IMG/VR virus record: IMGVR_UViG_3300042808_000075
Length of the DNA: 63,304 bases
Reading direction: 5' to 3' (one strand)
From: an uncultured virus (IMG/VR IMGVR_UViG_3300042808_000075)
Lineage: Duplodnaviria; Heunggongvirae; Uroviricota; Caudoviricetes
Below the pieces are notes generated by a model that was not told where the DNA came from, did no database searches, and saw only the letters and a list, made by a program, of their open reading frames with translations. Both the position numbers and the translations under genes were made by a program. Positions 1-10,170 of the stretch are shown piece after piece. How positions within the stretch are numbered: position 1 is the stretch's first letter; every line of letters starts with the position of its first letter.

Positions 1-520
1 TTTGACAATTATCACAGTGACCGGGACAAACAAATAGTTTTTCTCCTTCCGGTTTAAAACCTGCGTAGCTAAATTTCCCCTTAGAAGGAATAGTTTCTTT
101 TTTTGTGTCAGGAAAAATAGAATAAACAATAACAAGATTTTTGGGTACTTTAGAAAAATCAAGATGAAAACTTTTAGTGAACGCAAGGAATTTAATATCA
201 GGAAAATTTTTACAAATTGCAATCCATTTATTCAAATACTTTTGATTATAAAAATCTCCTGATTCATGCAGACGAACGATTTTTTGTTTATTAATTCTTT
301 TATGATTATTAATATAGTCAATCATTTTTTCAACAAAAGTTTCTGATTGACTATCGATTAAATTTTCTTTTCTGCTGTTTCTAGTTTTTGGGTACATCCT
401 TTCAGCTTTTTTTGCGTAACATTTTTTCTGGCACATACATGTTGCACCGGGACAAGTTACAGTAGAAGGTAAAGAGAAAGTCGCAAATGACATTTTAGAA
501 TTTCCATTGCTTAAATACAT
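1..520 (-). CDS. GP88-like Cys-rich phage protein (runs off window start)
   Basis: Not in ORF track. Hand translation: MYLSNGNSKMSFATFSLPSTVTCPGATCMCQKKCYAKK...VRLHESGDFYNQKYLNKWIAI...FLAFTKS, matching GP88-family motifs. SD AAGGA upstream; start could also be 526 or 529. Confidence 0.75.
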   Translation of the reverse strand, partial: MYLSNGNSKMSFATFSLPSTVTCPGATCMCQKKCYAKKAERMYPKTRNSRKENLIDSQSETFVEKMIDYINNHKRINKQKIVRLHESGDFYNQKYLNKWIAICKNFPDIKFLAFTKSFHLDFSKVPKNLVIVYSIFPDTKKETIPSKGKFSYAGFKPEGEKLFVCPGHCDNCQ

Positions 521-544
521 TAACATCATCCTTTCTATAAATAT

Positions 545-573
545 ATTATAACATTTTTATTTACATTTGTAAA
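545..573 (-). promoter_or_regulatory. sigmaA-type promoter
   Basis: Minus strand TTTACA-17 nt-TATAAT with TG extension. Confidence 0.8.
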
Positions 574-610
574 GAAAAAACAGGCATTTAAAAATACCTG
601 TTAAAATTGT

Positions 611-1297
611 TTAAATTCTATGAATATTATTAAAAACAGCAAAATATTTATCACTATATGATTTATCAACATGATAATGACCAAAGTACCATTGTTTAAA
701 TTTAGTTTTACGGCAAATATGATCTAAATACAATCCTAGTGAATTTGTTATTGGCATTAATTTATGTTCATGAGCCATCATTTGCAATAATTGATCATGA
801 CAAGCGTGTGTTATAATATAATCTACTTGCCAATGATTCTTTTCAAGGTTTTTCATTCCTTCTTCAAATTCACTGTGGTTTGGCATCTCTTCAGGCCACC
901 AACTAATATGTTCTATTCTATATTCTTTATCAACTGATTCGCCACCGCCAAAAGTGAATATCTTTTTATTATCAATGTTAAAAACTTGTCCTCGCATTAA
1001 ATGATAAACTGAATCATTAATTTTATGAACCTTCCCACCATGCCATTCTTCCACTGGATAATTGTTAATTGTTGGGAAGCATTCGTGGTTTCCGTCAACG
1101 AAGAGTGTAGTGTAGTTTTTATACTCTAATTGTTTTAATGTTTCTTTTTCTTTGCTATTGTTTGAAAAAATATATCCAAAATCTCCTGCAATAATAACAT
1201 AATCTTTTTTAGTTAACATGGTTTGTTCTGGGAATTTATCTACTTCTAATTTATCACTATCAATTGTACCATGAGTATCGCCAGTTATATATATCAT
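611..1297 (-). CDS. calcineurin-like metallophosphoesterase
   Basis: GDTHG, GDFG, GNHE, ITH and FGHYH motifs. Confidence 0.92.
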   Translation of the reverse strand: MIYITGDTHGTIDSDKLEVDKFPEQTMLTKKDYVIIAGDFGYIFSNNSKEKETLKQLEYKNYTTLFVDGNHECFPTINNYPVEEWHGGKVHKINDSVYHLMRGQVFNIDNKKIFTFGGGESVDKEYRIEHISWWPEEMPNHSEFEEGMKNLEKNHWQVDYIITHACHDQLLQMMAHEHKLMPITNSLGLYLDHICRKTKFKQWYFGHYHVDKSYSDKYFAVFNNIHRI

Positions 1298-1366
1298 TTT
1301 ATTTCACCCTTTTAATGTTGTTATTTTATTATACAAGATAAATAAAATTATTTTAAACTATAAATA

Positions 1367-1957
1367 TTAATTAATTATTAACCTGTAATATAAACTTTTG
1401 TTTTTGTATCCCAAACTAATTGTTTGCAAATCAGCTACACCATTTTTGCCAATAATAAATCCTGTTATATTTTTTTCGATTCCAAAATATAATCGTTTTG
1501 TATCAAGTATTTCACCTATTCTATTTTTTAATTGAAAAATTATATATAGCTTTCTTATTTTCTTTTCTAATTCAATATCATGGTTGTTATTGTTCATTAT
1601 GTTTTTCCAATTATCTAAAAATATATCAAATATATCATGTGACAATAAAGAGTATTCATTTTCGATAATTTCACGATAATATATATTTGTTAATGTTATT
1701 AAATGCATTCTAGCTTTTGTAAATTCATGTTCACATTTTTGAAACTTATTTAAATATAAAAACATATTTTTGTATGCTTCATTTTGTTCTTTTGAGACAA
1801 TATTCTTTATTTTATCCCATTCTTCATAACAAACATCTATATTTAATAATTTAATTCTTTCTATAGCTGTTTCAAGTTTTCTACAGATTCTTATTATTTC
1901 TGTTTCTGCTATTATTATATTTTTCATTGCTCTATCTAAATCTTCATTGATAAACAT
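1367..1957 (-). CDS. hypothetical protein
   Basis: Long ORF; start moved to ATG at 1957 downstream of AGGAGG. Confidence 0.65.
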   Translation of the reverse strand: MFINEDLDRAMKNIIIAETEIIRICRKLETAIERIKLLNIDVCYEEWDKIKNIVSKEQNEAYKNMFLYLNKFQKCEHEFTKARMHLITLTNIYYREIIENEYSLLSHDIFDIFLDNWKNIMNNNNHDIELEKKIRKLYIIFQLKNRIGEILDTKRLYFGIEKNITGFIIGKNGVADLQTISLGYKNKSLYYRLIIN

Positions 1958-2036
1958 TGCATTGCCTCCTTTTATGTCTATTTTTTCATTGTAACACAAA
2001 TTAACATTTTACACAATACAGATTTAATAAATTTTC

Positions 2037-2065
2037 TTGACAAATGTAAAATAAAGTAGTATAAT
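2037..2065 (+). promoter_or_regulatory. perfect consensus sigmaA/sigma70 promoter facing ORF-free DNA
   Basis: TTGACA (2037-2042), 17-nt spacer, TATAAT (2060-2065). Confidence 0.8.
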
Positions 2066-3140
2066 AAAGGTAGAGGATGGGGGTCTGATTCAGCGGGATG
2101 CATTTTTTTATTTATAAGAATTTTCTGAATATTAAAATCAGTTTTAAAAACGCTTTACAAATACGGTGATATGTGTTATATTAATAACGTGCCGCATTAT
2201 GCACAATTTTGTATTGTTATAGTGATAAGCATGTATGTGTTTTATTATGCCTTTTTTAAGTATGCAATTTCATGATGTTTTATATTGTTTTTGTTTAGTT
2301 TTGATACAATTATTCTCTTAACGGTTATACCAAAAAAACAACATAAATAATTATATTACTATCGTATTTAAAACATAACTAATGAATGTATTCATTAGTG
2401 TTCAATATCCAATTTTACATCTAAATATTTTGAAAACAATAAAATATAAATAAAAAACAATAAACATGTTACAGTTGTTTTTTAGATGTTTATTATTTTT
2501 TATTTATATTGTTTTTATATTATATTATTAACAAATTGTAATTTGTTGTAAATTTTATCCAATTTTAATTGTGAGTTTAATTTATTAAAAAACACATATT
2601 AATGTATTAATATTTTTATTACATTATCGCGTAATAATTGATAATATAATAATTTAAAACTAATGATGTATTAAAAACATCTTTGTTTATTACATACAGT
2701 AAATTTATTTATTAAAACAAGTTGTTGTAATAATTATTGTATTTATACAGATTTTTTGTTTAAATGTTGTTAATGTGTATTTAATTTAATTAAAATTTTG
2801 TTAGGTAATAAATTGTTATTTTATAAAAAAACAAATTTATCATAGGCGTTTTATGTGTTTTATTGTTTGTGAAATATATCGTCTTTGCTTAAAAATTATT
2901 GTTTTAATATGTTGAATTGTTTTTATTATAACTTTTTAATATATTTATAATTTTATATTGTTGTATTTAATTGGGGTGAATTTATTAAATATAATATCTT
3001 TACTGATGTAATGATTTGCAAATATTTAATATTGTTGTGTGTAAATGAATTATTGTTTTTAATTTTCAATCTCATTAGTGCAAAATATAGATAGTTTACT
3101 TAAATAAACACTATGTTTACTAAAATAAACAAGAAAAGCT
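2066..3140. other. 1.1-kb ORF-free AT-rich region with palindromes (candidate origin or structured ncRNA)
   Basis: No ORF of 60 aa or more; 25-bp inverted repeat 2443-2467/2486-2510 with one mismatch; three TGTA-centred palindromes; TATCCAATTTTA twice. Confidence 0.45.
2154..2182 (+). promoter_or_regulatory. second sigmaA-type promoter
   Basis: TTTACA-17 nt-TATATT with TG extension. Confidence 0.6.
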
Positions 3141-3143
3141 AGG

Positions 3144-3356
3144 TTAATACCTAGCTAATTTATAAAACAATAATTCTTTTTTTAATATGTTTTCTATAAA
3201 CCATTTTGCCTTATCTAGTTCAGGTATATATAAGATGTGTACGCCATATCCTATTGAGTAAATCACATCATTATCTTCTTCTGAAAACATAATAGGTACT
3301 GCATTTACACAAATCATATTTCCTTTTTCAGTATATTTAATGGTTATATCATCCAT
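3144..3356 (-). CDS. hypothetical protein
   Basis: ORF coupled to upstream gene (TAATG overlap). Confidence 0.65.
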   Translation of the reverse strand: MDDITIKYTEKGNMICVNAVPIMFSEEDNDVIYSIGYGVHILYIPELDKAKWFIENILKKELLFYKLARY

Positions 3357-3619
3357 TATGCTTGCATTGAATATTTTTCAGCAAAAGGTTGCATTGCAAA
3401 CTTGTAAAACTCATGTCGTTCTTCCAGTGTTAATGATTCACTTGTGTTAGATTCGTATAGCATACGACAACTCCAACACTGTACAATATTATGGTGTTGT
3501 GTACGCTTAGTACGTTTCAAAAATGTTTTAAGTTGATAATTAAATTCCGAATGATCTCCATGATCTGAATCACCACAATGAGGACATACGTTGAAAACTT
3601 CATTGATCTTTTTTGTCAT
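3356..3619 (-). CDS. small Zn-ribbon protein
   Basis: CPHC and CWSC pairs. Confidence 0.7.
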   Translation of the reverse strand: MTKKINEVFNVCPHCGDSDHGDHSEFNYQLKTFLKRTKRTQHHNIVQCWSCRMLYESNTSESLTLEERHEFYKFAMQPFAEKYSMQA

Positions 3620-3623
3620 CTTT

Positions 3624-4139
3624 CTACCATCCTTTCAAATAAAATAATTTTTCATCTCTATTAGATTGTTTTTGTTGCCAGATTTCTTTTTTTACTACAT
3701 TCCAGCAAGAAAAATCTATATTAGAAAAATCATATTTTTGATATAATCTACTATCAATTGTTAATTTAAAAGATTTGTTTTCTATGTGCTTTAAATCTTT
3801 AGACAAATGTTTTAAACTAATAATATCATAATCAGTAGCTTCATAAGGTATGGTGAAATGCAATCCATTGACAAAATCAATTATGCTAATTAAATCTTTA
3901 CAATATAAAGAACTATACAAAAAATAATCACCTTGATAACCCAATGTACCTAATTCAGTAAAAAACCTAATAAGTTTTTTTGGATATAATAATGGTTCAC
4001 CACCAATGATTAAAATTTTATCATAATTCAGTAAATTATCCAGAGTATCAATTGCTTGATACTCTGTCATTTGTTGAGTATGACAATATAAACAGTTCTT
4101 TGGACAGTCTAGAGTGATAATAACTTTAGCAGTAGACAA
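3624..4139 (-). CDS. radical SAM family protein (short)
   Basis: CxxxCxxC (CPKNCLYC) and GGEP motifs. Confidence 0.8.
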   Translation of the reverse strand: MSTAKVIITLDCPKNCLYCHTQQMTEYQAIDTLDNLLNYDKILIIGGEPLLYPKKLIRFFTELGTLGYQGDYFLYSSLYCKDLISIIDFVNGLHFTIPYEATDYDIISLKHLSKDLKHIENKSFKLTIDSRLYQKYDFSNIDFSCWNVVKKEIWQQKQSNRDEKLFYLKGW

Positions 4140-4179
4140 CTATCTCACTTCCTTAGTATAGCATAACAATGCCAATGTT

Positions 4180-4578
4180 TCAATTGGCATTGTTGATATC
4201 ATGCCATTTTTCCATTAAATTTTTATGTTTCTTTGTGTCCATAATATTAACACAGTCAAAAACTTTATAATCGAAATTAACTATCTCACTGGCAATTAAT
4301 CTATATCCATCAATTTTTGCAGTTAAGTGTGTAATTACATTATCTCTTTCTACTAATTTTTGACTCAAATTAGAAACGCTTTTCGATAAAGATTCATTAG
4401 TAGCTACTAAATGATTTATTTGGATTTTTTGTTGTTGGTCGTTATTAGATAGAATTGCATTTTTATCTTTTTCTGCTTGCAATTGTTCAGCTAAGATTCT
4501 ATTTTGTTGTTGTAACAATTGCAATTCACGATAAAGTTTGTTTAATTCTTGTGCTGATTGGGAAATTTGTGCTTGCAT
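4180..4578 (-). CDS. coiled-coil protein
   Basis: Q/L-rich heptad pattern; SD AGGAG. Confidence 0.7.
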   Translation of the reverse strand: MQAQISQSAQELNKLYRELQLLQQQNRILAEQLQAEKDKNAILSNNDQQQKIQINHLVATNESLSKSVSNLSQKLVERDNVITHLTAKIDGYRLIASEIVNFDYKVFDCVNIMDTKKHKNLMEKWHDINNAN

Positions 4579-4630
4579 AATTATTGCTCCTTTTGTTTGA
4601 TTATAAAATAATTATAGCACATGTTTTGTT

Positions 4631-5176
4631 TTAAGTAAAGTGTTTTATGTTAAAACTAAAAACATTGTTTTCATATGAAACATTTGATAATTTTATATTG
4701 TATTCTTCTTCTATAAATTCAATCCCTAAATCATATATATGTTTTTCTCCATAAGATACTGTTTTGAATTTTTTAGCAAAAAACGCTGGCATTCTAAAAC
4801 TTACCATTTTATTTTCATCAATTACATCATTTTGCTTTGATAAACACGATTTTATTTTAAATATAAAATAACAACATATTGTGCTATAAAAAAGCATAAA
4901 CAAAGCAAAGAAATAAAACAATGGTGAAGCAAAAACAGCAAATACTGCACATCCCCATCTAATATCGTTTGTCAGATTTGATGTTTGTTTTACAGTTGAT
5001 GTTTGTTGTATAGTTTGTTGTTTTAATTTAATAAACGGTGCAAGACTAAATAACACAATTACACCAGCGATAAAAAACGAATAGGTATAAACAACATTGT
5101 TAATTAATATAACACTTAGCGAGTGTACAAATATACCTAAACAAACACCCATATAATAAAAAATCATTTTATTCAC
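4631..5176 (-). CDS. membrane protein (paralog of 5173-5667)
   Basis: Several hydrophobic helices; shares PLF and IYD(L/I)GI...FNI with neighbour. Confidence 0.7.
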   Translation of the reverse strand: MNKMIFYYMGVCLGIFVHSLSVILINNVVYTYSFFIAGVIVLFSLAPFIKLKQQTIQQTSTVKQTSNLTNDIRWGCAVFAVFASPLFYFFALFMLFYSTICCYFIFKIKSCLSKQNDVIDENKMVSFRMPAFFAKKFKTVSYGEKHIYDLGIEFIEEEYNIKLSNVSYENNVFSFNIKHFT

Positions 5177-5667
5177 CCCTTGATTTCAATGTTAAAGGTT
5201 AAATAATTAACATCATGTGATAAACTATTTACTTTAACATTGAATAAACTTTTAAGATAATGAATGCCAATATCATAAATATAGTATGTCTTTTTGAAGA
5301 AAGGTATTCTTTTATTAAAAAATAAAGGAATTTTTAAATTAATATATTGGTTATCAGACAGTATTTTTATGTGTGATTTAAATTTATTTAAAAAATAAAT
5401 ATTAATCACGCCTATTGAAAACATTATCAAAGACAACACAAAAAACAATGGAGTTGCTAATATAACAAACAAAAATAAATTCAATTCAATTTCATCAGCA
5501 AAAGTTAATTTGCCTTTTTCTGTTGACCCTGCTAAATGAACAGTAAATACCCCAAAGAACAACATACAATTAAAAGTGAAAAATGTCAAAGTGTAATAAT
5601 GATTATCGATAAAAGTCATTATTAATATTTGTATGAAAAGTGCCAATGCTACAATTATTGACCCCAA
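5173..5667 (-). CDS. membrane protein (paralog of 4631-5176)
   Basis: Several hydrophobic helices; shared C-terminal motif. Confidence 0.7.
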   Translation of the reverse strand: MGSIIVALALFIQILIMTFIDNHYYTLTFFTFNCMLFFGVFTVHLAGSTEKGKLTFADEIELNLFLFVILATPLFFVLSLIMFSIGVINIYFLNKFKSHIKILSDNQYINLKIPLFFNKRIPFFKKTYYIYDIGIHYLKSLFNVKVNSLSHDVNYLTFNIEIKG

Positions 5668-5670
5668 ACT

Positions 5671-6318
5671 TTAATCTCTCCTTTGGCAAATAAAAATGCC
5701 AGTTTTTTCACTTTTAACTACTTTTACATCAAAATAAGAATTTAGTTTTTCAATAAATTGATTTTCAGAAATGTAATCAAAAACAGTAAAATGGGGTTCA
5801 TACCCTTCACATGTTTGCACATGAAAAATTTTATCATCAATAGAGTATGATATTTCTGCATAATTTTTATCTTGTAATTGATATTTTTTGATAGTAGGAG
5901 TAAAAGGTGGTTTGGTTAAAAATGAATTAAAAACAAATAATCCATTTTGTTCTAATTTATCATGTAAATCTTTAACATTAATTTTATTGAACCAATATGT
6001 TACTGCATTTTGACAAAAAATAGCATTCAATTTATTTTTGTATAGATGAATAAATTTTTCCACATTACAATTATAAACTGTTGCGTTTAAATTTTTTGGA
6101 ATCATTTTTGATTCTTGATCTACATAAACAACTTTCAAATTATATGGAGGACTGTTTAATAAATTCGTCAATCGTCCTCCACCGCCACAAAAATCAGCTA
6201 CGATACTGTTTTCTTTTAACCCATTTTGAAATGCCAAATCAATTAATTCTTTTGGGTTTCTAGCAAAATAATTACGGTACAAAACATCATATACATTATA
6301 ATCAGGATATTTCATCAT
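5671..6318 (-). CDS. class I SAM-dependent methyltransferase
   Basis: VADFCGGGG motif I, VD motif II, L..NGLFVF. Confidence 0.85.
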   Translation of the reverse strand: MMKYPDYNVYDVLYRNYFARNPKELIDLAFQNGLKENSIVADFCGGGGRLTNLLNSPPYNLKVVYVDQESKMIPKNLNATVYNCNVEKFIHLYKNKLNAIFCQNAVTYWFNKINVKDLHDKLEQNGLFVFNSFLTKPPFTPTIKKYQLQDKNYAEISYSIDDKIFHVQTCEGYEPHFTVFDYISENQFIEKLNSYFDVKVVKSEKTGIFICQRRD

Positions 6319-7421
6319 AATTGTTCCCCCTTATTATTGTAAAGTAAGAATGCACCGTGATAACGGATGTTAAAAGAAGTATTAACATCTCTTAATGAAT
6401 CTTTTACTGTACCGGGAAAAGCATAATCAAAAGTAGGCAAATTGTGGTTTTGAAAATGATAGTGTACAATATAATCAACGTTTGGATTAGTTTGGAAGAT
6501 GTGGTTTAATAATGGTGCATTTAAAGTTGATTTTTTGCTACCATATATGCACACATTTTGTCCTTTTACTTCATTAACAATTACATCGTCATCCATTTCG
6601 TTTTTGCCACGTGCAGTAGTAATAAATGTATTCATATTAATGCGTTTAGCAATAGTACCAAACAATAATCCATCAACACTACCAGTAGCTTTAATTAACT
6701 CTATATACTTTTCTTTTAATTGCTGAAATTTTTCAATATGAATGGCATCTTCTTTGACAGGTTTAAAAAAACCTTTAATAATGGCTGTTTTATAATGTTG
6801 ATTTTTCATAGCATCATAAATAAAATCAACATAATTATCAGTATTTAATGGAATAATAGAACGTTCTTTTGTTACTGCATATTTTTTATGTAAATCATTA
6901 GTATCGTTTGCAAATACAGCATCTGCTTTAGAATTTAATACTGTTTTATATGCGGCTCTAATTAACTCTTCATGAGGTACGTTAGAAAGAAGTTTGAAAC
7001 CAAACAAATTAACAGTAGGGTTTTTATCTTTGACAAAATCAATAATATGTGGTGCAATTTTAAAATCAATAGAAACAATATCCCCTTCATTGTAATTATG
7101 AGAAGGGAATTTACCTTGATATGGGTTAACAGGAATAAGGTTAGCAACAGCCGCACCTAAAATAATGGTATCATAATCTTTTGCAAATTTATTGATATAC
7201 TCCATATAATCATCAAATCCATCATGATAAAAAACATTGATTTTTTCATTATTAGGTCTAACGGAATGTGTTGATGTAAGATAATCAATTTGCACATCTT
7301 CTTTTTTAATTAATTCATCAGCTAATTTAGCAATTAATCCACCTTTGAATTTGTTAGTAATGATTTTTACATTATCAAGATTCCCGTGAACTGCACCACC
7401 TGTAATTAATACCTTCATCAT
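6315..7421 (-). CDS. CoaB-like (phosphopantothenate-cysteine ligase) domain fused to class II aldolase-like domain
   Basis: VLITGG...DNVKIITN, AAV, GFKL, ADAVFAND; C-terminal HIF...IVHYH...HG. Confidence 0.75.
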   Translation of the reverse strand: MMKVLITGGAVHGNLDNVKIITNKFKGGLIAKLADELIKKEDVQIDYLTSTHSVRPNNEKINVFYHDGFDDYMEYINKFAKDYDTIILGAAVANLIPVNPYQGKFPSHNYNEGDIVSIDFKIAPHIIDFVKDKNPTVNLFGFKLLSNVPHEELIRAAYKTVLNSKADAVFANDTNDLHKKYAVTKERSIIPLNTDNYVDFIYDAMKNQHYKTAIIKGFFKPVKEDAIHIEKFQQLKEKYIELIKATGSVDGLLFGTIAKRINMNTFITTARGKNEMDDDVIVNEVKGQNVCIYGSKKSTLNAPLLNHIFQTNPNVDYIVHYHFQNHNLPTFDYAFPGTVKDSLRDVNTSFNIRYHGAFLLYNNKGEQL

Positions 7422-7428
7422 TGAATTG

Positions 7429-7860
7429 TTATCCCCCTATTTCTTTTCTTAGTTTCATTAATAATTTACCTAAATTATTTTTTCCATTAATGTATTGGCA
7501 TCTATGACATATACAATCACCCCAATAGTTATCATGATGCAAATTACCTTCAATTAATTCTTTTGTTCCAGTATCTAATAATTTTTGTTTTAATTCCCCT
7601 TGAAATTTAGCTTTTAAAATATCATACATAACATCTTGTCTTATTTCATTCCAATTATCAACAATGGTTAGAGTTTGTCCTAAACGTTTTGCGTTCCCCG
7701 GTGTTTTAGCATTTAACACAATTAAACGTTCAGCTTCTTCGTTAGTTTTTAATGCTTGATAAATATGTTCACTGGTTTTGCAATAATATCCCATATAATT
7801 AAAACTATAAGGATAAAAATTACTTAAGAATTCATATTGTCCTTTAAAAATATTAATCAT
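7429..7860 (-). CDS. NADAR family protein
   Basis: FLSNFY, SEHIYQALK, KF, LLDTG..LIEG..HDNYWG, GKNNLGKLLMKLR. Confidence 0.93.
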   Translation of the reverse strand: MINIFKGQYEFLSNFYPYSFNYMGYYCKTSEHIYQALKTNEEAERLIVLNAKTPGNAKRLGQTLTIVDNWNEIRQDVMYDILKAKFQGELKQKLLDTGTKELIEGNLHHDNYWGDCICHRCQYINGKNNLGKLLMKLRKEIGG

Positions 7861-7861
7861 A

Positions 7862-8281
7862 TCAACGCCACTTCATGCTACATTTATTTTCAACACAATC
7901 TATTATAATTGCTTTGAAATCTTTAAACATAGCGCAATATCCATATATAATATTGTCATCATAATCTTTAATGTATTTGTAAATTTGTTTACATTGTGCA
8001 AATGATATAGAACCATTACAATCAGATTTATAAAGAAATTTAATTATACCTTTTGTTATTTTGAATTCTTTTTGTATTTCAATTGTTTTCTCATCATATT
8101 TAGCACAAGCTTCTATTCTTTTTGTTTTATCAAATATACATATTAAATCACTTAATAAGTCATAATGCTCTCCAAGTTTTTGGTTAACTAATTCAGCAAC
8201 TTTTTTCCTTAAATTGAAAAAACCTATATACCCCATATCTATAGAATAATTTTTAGATGAAAGTGTAACTCCCACATTCAT
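7862..8281 (-). CDS. conserved phage hypothetical protein
   Basis: ORF in operon; Y.GF..LR and FL..SDC.G motifs. Confidence 0.7.
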   Translation of the reverse strand: MNVGVTLSSKNYSIDMGYIGFFNLRKKVAELVNQKLGEHYDLLSDLICIFDKTKRIEACAKYDEKTIEIQKEFKITKGIIKFLYKSDCNGSISFAQCKQIYKYIKDYDDNIIYGYCAMFKDFKAIIIDCVENKCSMKWR

Positions 8282-8284
8282 TCC

Positions 8285-8911
8285 TCATTTCGCTAATTGG
8301 TTAACAATTACTTCCTTGTTAAACCAATGTTTTTCATTAATAGGTACATGGTTTTTTCTAACAAACTTTGCCATATTATTTTTGAAATCATTGTAATGAA
8401 AACTGTCAGCCATTCTTATTACATAACCTTCACAATCATGAGTGATATTTTTATAAATATTTTTAATTAAAATTTCATTGTATATTCCATCATATAAGAC
8501 AGGTACATGAAGGATATTTATTTTATTGAAAAAATTAATAGTATCATCATAAGATAAACAAATATTGTTTTCATTGTATATTGCAAATCCATAGAAATAA
8601 CTTTGCAATGAATTGTATTCAATTTGATGTTTAGCAAATAGGTTTTCGCCATAAATTCTCCACCCATCAGGGATAAAATACTTTATCTGAGAATGAAAGT
8701 TTTTGACCCATGAACGAGATTCATGTTGTTTGGAGTCTATGCTTCTGGCATGAAGAAAATCACTATAAAAAGCGGTGTTTTCACCATCCATTTTCTCACT
8801 TACAATAACTCTTTTATTCTCAAAATGGTCAATGTTTTTAAATACTTTATCATCACTATTAATAGACAAAGACCAAGGAACATGGAAAGTTTTTGGGTAT
8901 TTGTAATACAT
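8285..8911 (-). CDS. RNA ligase family nucleotidyltransferase
   Basis: KYPKTFHVPWS, motif I EKMDGEN, GE, EGYV, KFVR. Confidence 0.88.
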   Translation of the reverse strand: MYYKYPKTFHVPWSLSINSDDKVFKNIDHFENKRVIVSEKMDGENTAFYSDFLHARSIDSKQHESRSWVKNFHSQIKYFIPDGWRIYGENLFAKHQIEYNSLQSYFYGFAIYNENNICLSYDDTINFFNKINILHVPVLYDGIYNEILIKNIYKNITHDCEGYVIRMADSFHYNDFKNNMAKFVRKNHVPINEKHWFNKEVIVNQLAK

Positions 8912-8913
8912 AA

Positions 8914-9774
8914 TTAATCATCCTCTTCTTCTCGATCATAAACAAACAATGTTTCTTGTATTGGTGAATAACCTTCACAATAATCTTCTTCTCTATAATC
9001 TGTTAAACGTTTTTTTACTTTTTCAACAATAAATTCAGCAATAGTTTTTTGAATAGCATATTCTTGTGATTGACTACCTGCTCCACATTGCGGCATCCAA
9101 GCATGACGTGCTAAAGACATAGCACAACTAAATGAATATAAATCAATCATTTTATTTAGAAGTTTTTCATCTTTTTGTTCAATTAATGCATGTAAAAAAT
9201 ATCTCATTTTGCTTTGAAAAAAACGATAAAAACTATTTTCATCAAAACCAAATATTTGTTTATATACATCATTTTCTTCAATTGCTTTTTTTGCTTTTTC
9301 AATATACTTAATAGCAACTTTTTTCATGTGTTGTTTTACAGTATAATCTTTATCATATGGTTTTCTATTGGCATGTTCTTCAATAACTTGATAATATACT
9401 GTTTCATGAAACATCATGAATGATATATTTTTAAAGTAACCACGTTCAATAAAATAAATTATATCTTCAATGATTTGTGGGAATTTTTCATTTTCAGCTT
9501 CTATAATTTTTTTAATTTCATCCTTGTAATTAGAAATAAAAAAATCATAAACAATCTGACCATTTTCAACGTTTTTGATTGAACCATATTCATTATATTC
9601 ACCAATAAGTGGAACAGTCAATGGTTTGTAAATGTCATCTTGTTCACAAAAGCCACCACCAATTATTTCACAACCTGTTTTAACAATAGGGATTAAGATT
9701 ATTTTTTCACCGTAAAGAATAGGTAATTTTGACAATCCGCAAGTGCCATTCCAACATCCCATTTTACATACCAT
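8914..9774 (-). CDS. hypothetical protein
   Basis: Long ORF; MGCWNGTCGLSKLPI...G.YNEYG; true start may be the second Met. Confidence 0.75.
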   Translation of the reverse strand: MVCKMGCWNGTCGLSKLPILYGEKIILIPIVKTGCEIIGGGFCEQDDIYKPLTVPLIGEYNEYGSIKNVENGQIVYDFFISNYKDEIKKIIEAENEKFPQIIEDIIYFIERGYFKNISFMMFHETVYYQVIEEHANRKPYDKDYTVKQHMKKVAIKYIEKAKKAIEENDVYKQIFGFDENSFYRFFQSKMRYFLHALIEQKDEKLLNKMIDLYSFSCAMSLARHAWMPQCGAGSQSQEYAIQKTIAEFIVEKVKKRLTDYREEDYCEGYSPIQETLFVYDREEEDD

Positions 9775-9789
9775 CCTTTTTTGTTTTTA

Positions 9790-10170
9790 TTATAACACAA
9801 ATTTAAAAACATGTAAACTTTTGAATTCCACATTAATTACTTTATTAACAACAGTTTTTAATTCTTGTTTGCTTTTGTATCGTTTACTAGCAGTAAATAT
9901 ATGTTTACCCCAATTATCTTTTAAATATTGATAACCTTCTGGTGATTGACTATATATTCTATCTAAATGATTACTATTTATATATGTTTCATGAAACCAT
10001 TGCTTTTTTTTAGAATTGAAAAAATATATAACATGATATTGGTATATTTTTTCAAAGTCTAAATGTTTAAATATATAATCATATTCTTTTTGAGAATAAT
10101 CAAATACATCAATTATATAAGACCAATAATCATTTTCAAATTTATTTAATTTTATTTTCATATTGTTCAT
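9790..10170 (-). CDS. ~118-aa repeat-family protein (array 1)
   Basis: Family motifs; likely start 10161. Confidence 0.85.
   Translation of the reverse strand: MNNMKIKLNKFENDYWSYIIDVFDYSQKEYDYIFKHLDFEKIYQYHVIYFFNSKKKQWFHETYINSNHLDRIYSQSPEGYQYLKDNWGKHIFTASKRYKSKQELKTVVNKVINVEFKSLHVFKFVL

Noticed and set aside
2406..2567. DnaA boxes
   Set aside because: TATCCAATT only partly matches TTATCCACA and occurs just twice
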